Shown here in pieces: positions 45,756 through 54,835 of a stretch of 64,000 nucleotides of DNA. A model generated the notes under the pieces. It was not told the DNA's origin. It ran no database searches and worked only from the letters and a program-made list of their open reading frames with translations. A program made the position numbers and the translations under genes. The stretch comes from a phage: assembly GCA_019326865.1 (NCBI GenBank), contig GCA_019326865.1_4101.1; one strand, written 5' to 3'. Positions within the stretch are counted from its first letter, which is position 1; each line of letters opens with the position of its first letter.

Positions 45756-46116
45756 ACTAATAGAGGCGATCACTAAGGAGTCAAAATACCACAAAGGGAT
45801 TCGTCTATATTTTATAGATCTTGGTTCAATGGACGGCATATACATTTATGGTTCACAATCTTTATCTTATGATGTAATGCCAAAAAAATATGTAAAAATC
45901 TTTTTAGGGTCAAATAAGAAAACTTTCTTGACAATTAATGATAAAAACGTTATTATGAATTCTTTGGGTCATGATAAAGTGAAAATTGATCTAAACACGC
46001 TGGATGATATTGATTTTTTTCAATACGAATGTTTAGGTGTTGACTTACATGGAATCAGTAGTGATATGATAAAATCATTAATCAAATATTTCGAAGGCGT
46101 TCATAAATGTATCTAA
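45703..46116 (+). CDS. family B paralog, hypothetical
   Basis: famB DDIDFFQYECLGVD; 53-nt overlap with upstream ORF, start uncertain. Confidence 0.45.
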   Translation: MHLSNSEKKETRLTTTDELIEAITKESKYHKGIRLYFIDLGSMDGIYIYGSQSLSYDVMPKKYVKIFLGSNKKTFLTINDKNVIMNSLGHDKVKIDLNTLDDIDFFQYECLGVDLHGISSDMIKSLIKYFEGVHKCI

Positions 46117-46613
46117 CTAAATCGATGAAAAATTCATTTGATAAAATCAAGAGTTGTCTTGATGGAGAGAATATTACAAGTGTTACACAATCTGCTGACC
46201 AAATTCAATGCAGTTCAAGTGATTGTACTGTTATTTTGGGTTTACATAGTCTGCGTTTGTCAATAGTAAATAATATTGACAACACTGCTATTGTAATCAC
46301 ACCGTGCAATATTCAAAATGAGAATGGTGTATATCTTCATCACATGGGAACCGCATTTTATATTTTCAATACAAACAATACACTCGAAACAATCGTTAAG
46401 GAATATAATACACTTAACATTGATCCTGGTGAGTTATTTCAGATGAGTACGTTGTATTCATGTGATTTTACTGATACCTCACGTATTTTACCATTTTTCT
46501 TGGAAATTTTAAAGAAAATGGATAATTTAAATCGTCAATACAATAAAAAAATGGTTCCAGAAGCTATATTAAATATTACTGATGCTATGGAAAAATATAA
46601 AGCAGTGCCTTAA
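46107..46613 (+). CDS. family B paralog, hypothetical
   Basis: famB PGELFQMSTLYSCD. Confidence 0.55.
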   Translation: MYLTKSMKNSFDKIKSCLDGENITSVTQSADQIQCSSSDCTVILGLHSLRLSIVNNIDNTAIVITPCNIQNENGVYLHHMGTAFYIFNTNNTLETIVKEYNTLNIDPGELFQMSTLYSCDFTDTSRILPFFLEILKKMDNLNRQYNKKMVPEAILNITDAMEKYKAVP

Positions 46614-46656
46614 TAAAAAACGCACATGGAGTGCATATGAAGATCAAGGATAGATC

Positions 46657-47130
46657 ATGGAGATTAAAACTGTTGAAAATGGGAAAATTGATGACATTTT
46701 AGACTTGGACGCATTCAAAGTTCATGATATAATGTTTAATGTGAAGGACATTATTCAATGTCTGTTTTTATGCAGCAAGACTATGCATGATTTTTTTCAC
46801 AACCCGAATACTAATGTTTTTATACTTACAATCAGTACTGAAAACTCGTTTATCATGGGTATGCCCATGAGTACAAATGAACAGTATATTGATTGTGTTA
46901 TTCGCAATAATGATTGTATTACCCCACAATCTGAAGTTCGCAAAAAGAAAAACACTTACACAATCAAAGATGATAAAATCATGATGTGTTGCAGTAAAGG
47001 ATTTATATTGGACAATTTCATCGTCAAAGATAGTTATCATGACTTTAAAATTTCCGAAAATCAATCCAATGTAGTTCTTTATGCTAGTGATATCGAAAGT
47101 TTAACAGTCAAAGATCCTAGTTTGGAGTAA
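46657..47130 (+). CDS. hypothetical protein (157 aa)
   Basis: ORF track; no family motif. Confidence 0.5.
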   Translation: MEIKTVENGKIDDILDLDAFKVHDIMFNVKDIIQCLFLCSKTMHDFFHNPNTNVFILTISTENSFIMGMPMSTNEQYIDCVIRNNDCITPQSEVRKKKNTYTIKDDKIMMCCSKGFILDNFIVKDSYHDFKISENQSNVVLYASDIESLTVKDPSLE

Positions 47131-47132
47131 GT

Positions 47133-47264
47133 ATGGCTAAGAAAGTAAACAATTTCGTACAGAAACACATGAATGAGTTTAACAAGCCTCAGACACATGT
47201 GGATCGTAAAAAAGAAATGAAAAATGGTAAAGTAAAACACAAGTCGAGATTTATTCTCGACTAA
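47133..47264 (+). CDS. hypothetical basic small protein (43 aa)
   Basis: hand-translated MAKKVNNFVQKHMNEF...KHKSRFILD; 3' end lies in terminator stem. Confidence 0.35.
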   Translation: MAKKVNNFVQKHMNEFNKPQTHVDRKKEMKNGKVKHKSRFILD

Positions 47265-47270
47265 TTTTTT
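47243..47270 (+). terminator. rho-independent terminator
   Basis: GTCGAGA-TTTAT-TCTCGAC followed by TAATTTTTT. Confidence 0.6.
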
Positions 47271-47287
47271 GTCTAAATTTTTGAGGA

Positions 47288-48142
47288 TTGTATATGTTGG
47301 ACATTTCAGATTTTCTTAATTTTAAAAAGTATTCAGTACTTGAACATATCAACGAATTTCTGAATTCCCCAACACCATTTGGTATCAGTACATCAGATTC
47401 ATACGATGGATATAGAATCTTCCCATGCAATGACTTTCAAATTTCTGTCAAAAAAGGTTTTACAAAAGAAGTTGCAATTCGTGATGTAGTAATGTATAGC
47501 GATTCTTCTATTTCTTACTGTCATGATGTGAACAATTTTGAATCTCTTTCAACACCTAATTGTTCATACTACAAATCCCATGACACGATGATGTATAAAG
47601 AACAACATATCAATGGTGTTTCGTTCTACAAAACTAGCAGTGATAAATCATATACATCTAGAGATGATTTTGGAAAATACACATGTACTATGCACACGGA
47701 TAATGAAAAAACAAATTACACTCATTCATTCGAGTCCAAATTCCAAGAGAGTGAAGTTTCAAATATCACTATACAAGAACAGGTTTCAGAAGGCATTGTA
47801 TATCGTAGTACTGCATTCTTTCGCATGAAAGATGTTGCCACAGGCAGACCAATGATGTACAATATTGACATATACATGAAAGGTGATATATCAGAAGTAG
47901 TGATTAGTACTGGTTATCGTGAAAAATATACAGTTACAATGGAATCACCAGATGCATCGTTAGTTCACCTCTTTAACAATTTATATACATTCCAATTCGA
48001 ACTTAGTTTAGACTACAATGAATATCAAATATTCGATATATTAAAAAGTAATATTATTAATAAGTTAGAATATTACTACAAGTTAGGTGGTAAGATGTGC
48101 ATAGTTAATACTATGTTACATAACATAAAAGAAACATTATAA
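47288..48142 (+). CDS. hypothetical protein (284 aa), possible family B relative
   Basis: ORF track; C-terminal LYTFQFELSLDYNE. Confidence 0.55.
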   Translation: MYMLDISDFLNFKKYSVLEHINEFLNSPTPFGISTSDSYDGYRIFPCNDFQISVKKGFTKEVAIRDVVMYSDSSISYCHDVNNFESLSTPNCSYYKSHDTMMYKEQHINGVSFYKTSSDKSYTSRDDFGKYTCTMHTDNEKTNYTHSFESKFQESEVSNITIQEQVSEGIVYRSTAFFRMKDVATGRPMMYNIDIYMKGDISEVVISTGYREKYTVTMESPDASLVHLFNNLYTFQFELSLDYNEYQIFDILKSNIINKLEYYYKLGGKMCIVNTMLHNIKETL

Positions 48143-48158
48143 ATCTGGAGGATTTGGT

Positions 48159-48452
48159 ATGGATACTAAATTCAAAATTATTTTTAAAACTAAGCCGTAT
48201 ATTCCACATACAGCAGAACGTTTTATACCACATGATGCAGAGGAAATTATTCATCAAGATGGTACAAAGTTATATCTAGTGCCATGTTCATATGAACGTG
48301 CAGTAGAAATGTTACTCATGAATTCTAAATTATGTACAAACAAGTACATTAGTTACTTATATAATGAACATATTTTAGATTTTAATGATGAAAATATGTT
48401 TATTCTGGCAATTGAAGATTTTAATAATTGGTACAACATTATTAAAATCTGA
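48159..48452 (+). CDS. hypothetical protein (97 aa)
   Basis: ORF track; SD GGAGGA. Confidence 0.55.
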   Translation: MDTKFKIIFKTKPYIPHTAERFIPHDAEEIIHQDGTKLYLVPCSYERAVEMLLMNSKLCTNKYISYLYNEHILDFNDENMFILAIEDFNNWYNIIKI

Positions 48453-48522
48453 TAAAATATTGTGAACATATTAAATCTTTATGATATAATGTTCACATAT
48501 TTTTTTGATAATGGAGATATAG

Positions 48523-48909
48523 ATGAATACAAGTTCAATCCTAAAAGCAATTGGTGGTGTTTTACTTATTGAAGTGAAAGGTGAACCAAAACTGTGCTGT
48601 TTGGAAGATATGAAGAATACAAAACACTTCAGTACTGGTCAGATTTTTAATGCCATTCGTGTTCTAAATGATAAATCAATCGCTGATTATGGTAAAGTTT
48701 GGCCTGTATATCAAAACGCAGATGGTGATATCAGTTCTGACTGGAAAACCATTGAAGCAGTCCGACAAAGTTGTGATAGCGACTGGGACTTCATTGTAGA
48801 AGTATGTGACCAACTTCAAGAAGATGTACCAGAAATTGTGGAACGAAAGGAAGTTCTGGCAAATCTAGAAAAGTTCCGTCATGGAACACTACCATATGAT
48901 ACAATCTAA
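48523..48909 (+). CDS. hypothetical protein (128 aa)
   Basis: ORF track; SD TGGAGA; palindrome TGTGAACAT..ATGTTCACA upstream. Confidence 0.55.
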   Translation: MNTSSILKAIGGVLLIEVKGEPKLCCLEDMKNTKHFSTGQIFNAIRVLNDKSIADYGKVWPVYQNADGDISSDWKTIEAVRQSCDSDWDFIVEVCDQLQEDVPEIVERKEVLANLEKFRHGTLPYDTI

Positions 48910-48959
48910 TCTACTTATTAAAAAATAGCTAGTTAACATTATATAAAAAGGAATTTAAA

Positions 48960-49265
48960 ATGGAAGATAATGGAATGAAATTTGATATGTTTGAGGGTGT
49001 ACCTGAGTTTGATTTTAACAAACTAGAAAATGGTGAAGAGTCAGAACTCGTTAGTGTTACACTTAAAGCAGATTCTAAGAAGAAATATTCATCAGCAGTA
49101 CGTTCACGTTCACAAGAAGAATACGAAACATTTATTGAAAGTATTCATTATGAAACATTCCATCATGCAGATGGAACTCCATATGAAGTACGTGTAACAG
49201 TACTGAAGCCTGAAGTAAATCCAATGGAAAATCTACGTCCTGTTTACTGCTGGGCAAGTCACTAA
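48960..49265 (+). CDS. hypothetical protein (101 aa)
   Basis: ORF track; SD AAAGGAAT; followed by terminator. Confidence 0.55.
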   Translation: MEDNGMKFDMFEGVPEFDFNKLENGEESELVSVTLKADSKKKYSSAVRSRSQEEYETFIESIHYETFHHADGTPYEVRVTVLKPEVNPMENLRPVYCWASH

Positions 49266-49273
49266 TAAACCAA

Positions 49274-49306
49274 AGGACGGGATTTGTTATTTCGTCCTTT
49301 TTTTTG
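49274..49306 (+). terminator. rho-independent terminator
   Basis: AGGACG-14nt loop-CGTCCT followed by TTTTTTTT. Confidence 0.6.
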
Positions 49307-49317
49307 TCTGGAGATGT

Positions 49318-50172
49318 ATGAAACTTTATCTAATCGTTGACTACAATAAGGATTATGCTGGTAACTTCACCGAAGATTCGGATGGATATTGCACATCGAC
49401 TAATGTCAATGTACGTAGCAGTAGTGCTCATGAACATGAATCTTGTAAAAATCTAAAAGATTTTATCACATACCGAGCATTTGAAAAGAACTTCTGCCGC
49501 AGTAGATATTCTAAGTTTGAGTACCCATTAATTGATGTTCCTGATGAATTGATGTTCCAGCTAATGTTAACTGGAGTTCAAGATTATGATTATATTGCTT
49601 ATAATCACATAACAAAGAAGATTTACATTGGAACATCAGTACACGATACTTCCATGTATGCATCATGCCCAGATGATCGAATGAAGCATAGAAATTCATA
49701 CTATAGTGGATCAGTTGGTTCAAATAATTCATCAAATAAAAATTCATTCTTTGAGTACGTGTATGATTACCATCACGAGAAAAAAGAACGTGAAGATTAC
49801 TGTATAGAGATTGATAGTACTAATGGATATGAAGACGTAAAAGAAGCTCTTATGCCATACATTATAGAAAAATACTACAAAGATTTTCAGTACTGTAGTA
49901 ATTTTCTAATCAGAAATTCTATTCAAATCGGTCGTCAATCCACTGCATACGCTATGTACTACAGTGATTCTCCAGTTGTAGCAGGAAATGAAAGGGGTGA
50001 TATCCTACCAATTCCACGTGAAGATATGACATTCATTTTTACATCTTTTATTGAGGATGATGAATTGTACGTTAAAAATAAGCATCGTTTCATGCCAAGT
50101 AAAATTGAGATTATTAGAAGCATCAGTGTTGATATATTAACCAATTTTACTGAAAAAACTGAATATAACTGA
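49318..50172 (+). CDS. hypothetical protein (284 aa), possible family B relative
   Basis: ORF track; N-proximal VPDELMFQLMLTGVQD. Confidence 0.55.
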   Translation: MKLYLIVDYNKDYAGNFTEDSDGYCTSTNVNVRSSSAHEHESCKNLKDFITYRAFEKNFCRSRYSKFEYPLIDVPDELMFQLMLTGVQDYDYIAYNHITKKIYIGTSVHDTSMYASCPDDRMKHRNSYYSGSVGSNNSSNKNSFFEYVYDYHHEKKEREDYCIEIDSTNGYEDVKEALMPYIIEKYYKDFQYCSNFLIRNSIQIGRQSTAYAMYYSDSPVVAGNERGDILPIPREDMTFIFTSFIEDDELYVKNKHRFMPSKIEIIRSISVDILTNFTEKTEYN

Positions 50173-50202
50173 GACAAAATAGAAGTTAATGATATAATGT
50201 GA

Positions 50203-50231
50203 GGTGACAGTATATACTGTCACCTTTTTTT
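50203..50231 (+). terminator. rho-independent terminator
   Basis: GGTGACAGTATATACTGTCACC palindrome followed by TTTTTTT. Confidence 0.75.
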
Positions 50232-50849
50232 AATCCTGAAAGGTTCCTATAAGGAAATGATTAAAAGCCTAATCCACTCGAAAATGTAGAGGGTAGATGA
50301 GTAGTCCTTTCAGTACGAACAGCAGATGAAACCCGTTAGATGATGGCATAGTTTGAACCACTCACGGCAATGCGGCTGTATAAAGAACTCCAATAGGATA
50401 AAGAGAGTTCCTAGATAGACATATAAGGATCGCACCTTACCAATTATCTAAGGGAGATTTCATAAGAAATATGCGGTCGGAATTATACAATATAGTTGCG
50501 TCCAAATTTTGTGAAATCAAATACAAGTACTGGTCATATGGTATTTGTATTATGTGTCGGGATGTTTAAGACCGACGACCGTTGCTACAAGAACCGCGAT
50601 AGAGAGAAACAGAGCAACCCGCTTTCGTCTCGTAAGAGAATTCGTGATATGAACTATGTGAAGGCCACCAGCGTCAAACTTTTTTGTTCTTTCCCCTGCG
50701 GGGGGATGAAATATGCTCAAGCAAACCTCGTCAATATTAATTAAAAGACTTTATAATACTTGTAGAATTGTACATGCACCGCATGGAGAATTCTACTGAT
50801 GTTGATGTAATCAACATCACGTATATTCATTGATGTTTCCATAGGAATA

Positions 50850-51395
50850 ATGATGGCATTTATTAAAAAAGAAAAAACTATTACTTATAAAACTTTGAAT
50901 TTTGATGATTGTATTAATCAATCACAGGACGAAAATATTTTTACTGGATATGTGGTTATTAAAGAAAAAGGATGCATTTCTTATATAAAGGAATTGCAAA
51001 ATGGCATTGAAGTCACTTCAGTTAAATTACTTCCTACACAAAAACCAACAATATCAAAAGCCCAGTACGGTAATTATTTCGAGGAAAGATACAGTAATAA
51101 TTTAATAAGTGTTAAAGCTCATATTGTAAAAGGAGAACTAGAAGGAGAATATAGAAAATTCAACCCACAAGGAAAATGTGTTTGGGTTAAATACTACAAT
51201 TCAGGTGTTGATATAACATCTGAAATTATAGAGTTCTTAGGGTTGTCATGTACACCTGAAACTCTTCATGACTACAAATTTAATACTGAAGAAGAGTTTA
51301 ATCTGATGATGCGTTATGGATCACATTTTAAATTTTTATATGAATATAACGTTGACAGTAGTATTTTTGATAAAATAGTACATAACTGTCTATAA
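50850..51395 (+). CDS. hypothetical protein (181 aa), possible MORN/YwqK-like repeats
   Basis: ORF track; repeat-like GEYRKFNPQGKCVWVKYYNSG (weak). Confidence 0.5.
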   Translation: MMAFIKKEKTITYKTLNFDDCINQSQDENIFTGYVVIKEKGCISYIKELQNGIEVTSVKLLPTQKPTISKAQYGNYFEERYSNNLISVKAHIVKGELEGEYRKFNPQGKCVWVKYYNSGVDITSEIIEFLGLSCTPETLHDYKFNTEEEFNLMMRYGSHFKFLYEYNVDSSIFDKIVHNCL

Positions 51396-51411
51396 CAAAA
51401 GGATTTATATA

Positions 51412-51933
51412 ATGTCGAAGAAGGATACTTCGAATAAGCACTCAGTTCATTTCAGTACTGGAAAAGATAACTGGACAACCCCAAAAGATTTTTTTGAAGA
51501 TTTAGATGAGTTATGGGGATTTACACTTGATGCTGCTTGTGTAGATGAGACTGCATTGTGTGATAATTTTTTCACTCCAGAAGATGATTCACTGTCACAG
51601 GATTGGGGAAATAATATAGTTTGGTTGAATCCACCATATAGTGACTTAAAAACATGGTTATCTAAAGCTGTAGATGCATATAATAACGGAGCAACTGTAG
51701 TTATTCTTGTACCCTCAAGAACCGATACAATTGCTTTTCAGGATTATGCTGCTAAAATATGTGATTGTATTTGTTTTATTAAGGGAAGATTGCGATTTGG
51801 TATACCAGAAGAACCCGATAAGAAAACTGATTCAGCACCATTTCCTTCGTGTCTGATAGTTCTGGATAAGTACTTAACCACTGCTAAAATCAATTGTCTT
51901 AAATCTCTCGGATTGGTGATGAAGAATTTATGA
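51412..51933 (+). CDS. phage Dam-type DNA N6-adenine methyltransferase
   Basis: catalytic NPPY in WLNPPYSD; size and N-terminal DNWTTPKDFFEDL layout as in small phage Dam MTases (recalled, not searched). Confidence 0.65.
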   Translation: MSKKDTSNKHSVHFSTGKDNWTTPKDFFEDLDELWGFTLDAACVDETALCDNFFTPEDDSLSQDWGNNIVWLNPPYSDLKTWLSKAVDAYNNGATVVILVPSRTDTIAFQDYAAKICDCICFIKGRLRFGIPEEPDKKTDSAPFPSCLIVLDKYLTTAKINCLKSLGLVMKNL

Positions 51934-52463
51934 AAGAAACATGTATATTATCATTTATGAGATGTAACCCAGTCCACAATGGACATGGTTTAGTTTTTGA
52001 AAAGGCCAAAACATTACAAGAACAGTACAATGCTGATTTAAAAATTTATCTAAGCACTAGTACTGACAATATAAAAAACCCACTACCACCTGAACTAAAA
52101 ATGTATTATACAGAGGGATTCTATCCTTCAGTGCAAGAGAACATCTACACAGAGGACAATCTATTTGATATAATGAGAGAACTGGATGGAAAGTACTTAG
52201 ATGTTCTCTTCATATGTGGTTCTGACCGTATTGATTCTTTTCAGAAAACCCTTGACACTTACAATGGGAAGTTGTATAATTTTTGTAATATAAAAGTAAT
52301 TCAAGCAGGTATTGACCGCCAATCAAGTCGATATAGCTCAACACAAATGCGTAAGTTTGCCAAAAATGAAGATTTTGATAGTTTTCGTGAGTTTTTGCCT
52401 GGAAATGACGAGAACTTAAAAATTCAATTATTTGAAGATGTTATAAAATACATGAGGAAATAA
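51930..52463 (+). CDS. HxGH nucleotidyltransferase, NMN adenylyltransferase-like
   Basis: N-terminal RCNPVHNGH (H-x-G-H) and SSTQMRKF (S-x-T-x-x-R) as in short NMNAT/cytidylyltransferases; ATGA-coupled to methyltransferase. Confidence 0.55.
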   Translation: MKETCILSFMRCNPVHNGHGLVFEKAKTLQEQYNADLKIYLSTSTDNIKNPLPPELKMYYTEGFYPSVQENIYTEDNLFDIMRELDGKYLDVLFICGSDRIDSFQKTLDTYNGKLYNFCNIKVIQAGIDRQSSRYSSTQMRKFAKNEDFDSFREFLPGNDENLKIQLFEDVIKYMRK

Positions 52464-52465
52464 TT

Positions 52466-52759
52466 ATGTCAGTACTGTTCAAAACTAATCCAGTACTTTG
52501 GGAACAAAATGAACAATCAGGATTTCGTTCCATCCATGTTGAATACAAAGGTAATACAGTAGTTGCAATTATTGCTAACAAAACTCTAGGAAAATGGACC
52601 GCACAGGTTGTTCCTATGGGCTATTCTTATACATCTGATGAGGTTCAATTTTTAGCTGAACTTTATCGTCAAGTTCCTTTTATTATTAATGTGTTAGAAG
52701 GCAATGATACATTATCACATGAAGATGTGATTGATTTTCTTGGAAACTTACATGTGTGA
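52466..52759 (+). CDS. hypothetical protein (97 aa)
   Basis: ORF track. Confidence 0.5.
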   Translation: MSVLFKTNPVLWEQNEQSGFRSIHVEYKGNTVVAIIANKTLGKWTAQVVPMGYSYTSDEVQFLAELYRQVPFIINVLEGNDTLSHEDVIDFLGNLHV

Positions 52760-53039
52760 TGAAATAAATCTTACAGGATATTTTTTACAAGAATCTATGA
52801 TCAAATTTAGTGAACATTTCCCAGTACTGGATGGTATCGAAATGTGGCATGTCAAACCACTGTTTCACACTTTCAGTAAAGAGCACAAAATGTTATTGAC
52901 TGAAGCGAGTAAATCAAATAACATATGTGAAATCAAAATTGGTGTAAATGTCTATAAAGGGATGGTTATCTTTTTTGACAATAACAGCAACTACTTTTAT
53001 ATTGTTAAGGAGCAATACGTTGACAAATACAAATACTAA
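52752..53039 (+). CDS. hypothetical protein (95 aa)
   Basis: track ORF 52731..53039; start moved to ATG 52752 overlapping upstream stop. Confidence 0.45.
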   Translation: MCDEINLTGYFLQESMIKFSEHFPVLDGIEMWHVKPLFHTFSKEHKMLLTEASKSNNICEIKIGVNVYKGMVIFFDNNSNYFYIVKEQYVDKYKY

Positions 53040-53628
53040 TACATACTTCCGTTATCTTCGTTTAGGTCTTTCCCTTCGACCAATCCGTGGAAAGTGTGAT
53101 TCACTCGCAGACCTTGACTATGCATATGCATTACATCATGAGGGTGTACAGTATGTATTGGGTGATTATGGTGAATTTGAAGAAACAAATGACAGTACTG
53201 GAATTAATGCTGGTGTAGAAAATCTCAACAACATTGCAAACAGTTCGCGTCATGATATTGTGTTACAGATTCAAAACTTTATTGAGCAACACACTGGTAA
53301 ACGTGTTTGGTGTTATGTCGGAACTGATGCACAAATGTCTATTTCATTCGGTAATGATGACGGATATGTCGCACAGCTAATTATGGATTTTGAATCTGAA
53401 GAGAAGTTTTTAGAATTTAAAGATAAAATCATCAAATCACTCGTTGATATGGGTATCCCAGAAGATAAAATGCCAGAAGTTCAAAACATTGATGAATTTG
53501 TTTTGATTCCATCTGATGAGAAATACGATGCTATGTTTTCTGCTCTTAATATTCCAGGAGTCATTGTGGAGTACTTTGATGATGGTGATGATAGCATCTA
53601 TATCGATTTAGATGACGATGATGAATAA
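52948..53628 (+). CDS. hypothetical acidic protein, start unresolved
   Basis: track ORF with no in-frame ATG for about 130 codons; C-terminus DDGDDSIYIDLDDDDE; possible frameshift with 52752..53039. Confidence 0.4.
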   Translation: MSIKGWLSFLTITATTFILLRSNTLTNTNTNTYFRYLRLGLSLRPIRGKCDSLADLDYAYALHHEGVQYVLGDYGEFEETNDSTGINAGVENLNNIANSSRHDIVLQIQNFIEQHTGKRVWCYVGTDAQMSISFGNDDGYVAQLIMDFESEEKFLEFKDKIIKSLVDMGIPEDKMPEVQNIDEFVLIPSDEKYDAMFSALNIPGVIVEYFDDGDDSIYIDLDDDDE

Positions 53629-53633
53629 TATAT

Positions 53634-53661
53634 AGCCCGACATAAGTTCGGGCTATTTTTG
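53634..53661 (+). terminator. rho-independent terminator
   Basis: AGCCCGA-CATAAGT-TCGGGCT followed by ATTTTTG. Confidence 0.7.
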
Positions 53662-53672
53662 TAAGGGGAAAT

Positions 53673-53948
53673 ATGAATTATAAATTTCTACAATATACAT
53701 ACACAATATTATTTGATTTACATCACAATGGACGATATATCAACACAATACGAGAAAACACATTTACTCATATGTTATGGATTGATTACTTAGAAACGAT
53801 TCGTGCATATTTTGTTAATACTGAGATAATCATTCGTGGTAAAAAACAGAAGATTCAACATGTTAATAGTTATGGTGGTAAATTAACTCTAACATTTACC
53901 GATAATAATACTAATGAAATGTGTTGTATCGAGTTGGTGAACATATGA
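53673..53948 (+). CDS. family C paralog (about 90 aa), hypothetical
   Basis: N-terminus MNYKFLQYTYTILFDL; first of 5 tandem copies. Confidence 0.6.
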   Translation: MNYKFLQYTYTILFDLHHNGRYINTIRENTFTHMLWIDYLETIRAYFVNTEIIIRGKKQKIQHVNSYGGKLTLTFTDNNTNEMCCIELVNI

Positions 53949-54211
53949 ATTATAAAGATTTCCAATTAACATATAAGATTATTCGCAATCTAGCACACAG
54001 CAATAATAGCCCTAGTCTAGAAGACACATGCACAGAAATGATCCATACGATTCGTGCAAAGATTGAAGAAAATTTCAGTACTGTTATTATTAATGATGAC
54101 CATGCAGAATTTTCTGATATAATCATTAGACGTGATGGTAAAGTTGAGGTTCAGTACTACACTGATTTTGGATTTACAAGTGTACCGTTGGAGATATTCC
54201 CTTGGGATTAA
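53945..54211 (+). CDS. family C paralog, hypothetical
   Basis: MNYKDFQLTYKIIRNL; start moved from track 53921 to ATGA-coupled ATG. Confidence 0.55.
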   Translation: MNYKDFQLTYKIIRNLAHSNNSPSLEDTCTEMIHTIRAKIEENFSTVIINDDHAEFSDIIIRRDGKVEVQYYTDFGFTSVPLEIFPWD

Positions 54212-54513
54212 ATTTAAATGATATACAATTCACTTATAAGGTACTATATGATTTGTATGATGCATACCTTGTTAGTAACAAAATAGGTTCACATAACCCA
54301 ACCAAAGAACAATCATTTATTGATTTATATATTGAGTACTTAGATTCTATTGAAAACTATCTCAAAAAGAATTACAGTACTTTTATCGATGGAAATGATA
54401 CATTCGATTTCTATGGTGTGCAATCATATGATGGTATAATCCATGTTCAATTTCAGGAAAGAACCGATAGGGAATTTATCGAAATTAAAGTTGTGAAGTT
54501 GGTGAATTTATAA
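54202..54513 (+). CDS. family C paralog, hypothetical
   Basis: LNDIQFTYKVLYDL; track start is TTG, no in-frame ATG nearby. Confidence 0.5.
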   Translation: MGLNLNDIQFTYKVLYDLYDAYLVSNKIGSHNPTKEQSFIDLYIEYLDSIENYLKKNYSTFIDGNDTFDFYGVQSYDGIIHVQFQERTDREFIEIKVVKLVNL

Positions 54514-54523
54514 GAGGTTACAT

Positions 54524-54835
54524 ATGTTATTAAATGATATACAATTTACATACAAATTTTTGTATATCCAATTCGCAACGGTTGATGCTGGTGAATATAT
54601 CTACAGTGAAGTTTATCGTTCGATATGGATAAAGTTTTTAGATGAATTACATGAATATTACCATGATTTGCGTATAGTTCGTAATAATAAAATATACAAA
54701 TTCCGCGATATTGTTAGTCATAGCGGTAAGCTACGATTGGAATTAAGTACTGATAGTGATGTTGATTGGATTGGTGTAAATTTACTGGAGTTGGAGAATG
54801 AAAAGCAACTTAAAGGAAATACAAGTATTTTATAA
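54524..54835 (+). CDS. family C paralog, hypothetical
   Basis: MLLNDIQFTYKFLYIQF. Confidence 0.6.
   Translation: MLLNDIQFTYKFLYIQFATVDAGEYIYSEVYRSIWIKFLDELHEYYHDLRIVRNNKIYKFRDIVSHSGKLRLELSTDSDVDWIGVNLLELENEKQLKGNTSIL

Noticed and set aside
13419-47130. CRISPR array as explanation for the highly periodic region
   Set aside because: The periodicity is at gene scale (200-700 bp) with conserved protein motifs. There are no short identical direct repeats separated by unique spacers.
50496-50744. 82-codon ORF from the track in the non-coding island
   Set aside because: No SD, odd composition (MRPNFVKSNTSTGH...), and overlaps the hairpin-rich region. Treated as probably non-coding.
50235-50849. 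tRNA gene(s) in the non-coding island
   Set aside because: I could not find a cloverleaf with a GTTCRANYC T-loop and matching acceptor stem by eye. This needs tRNAscan-type confirmation before any call.
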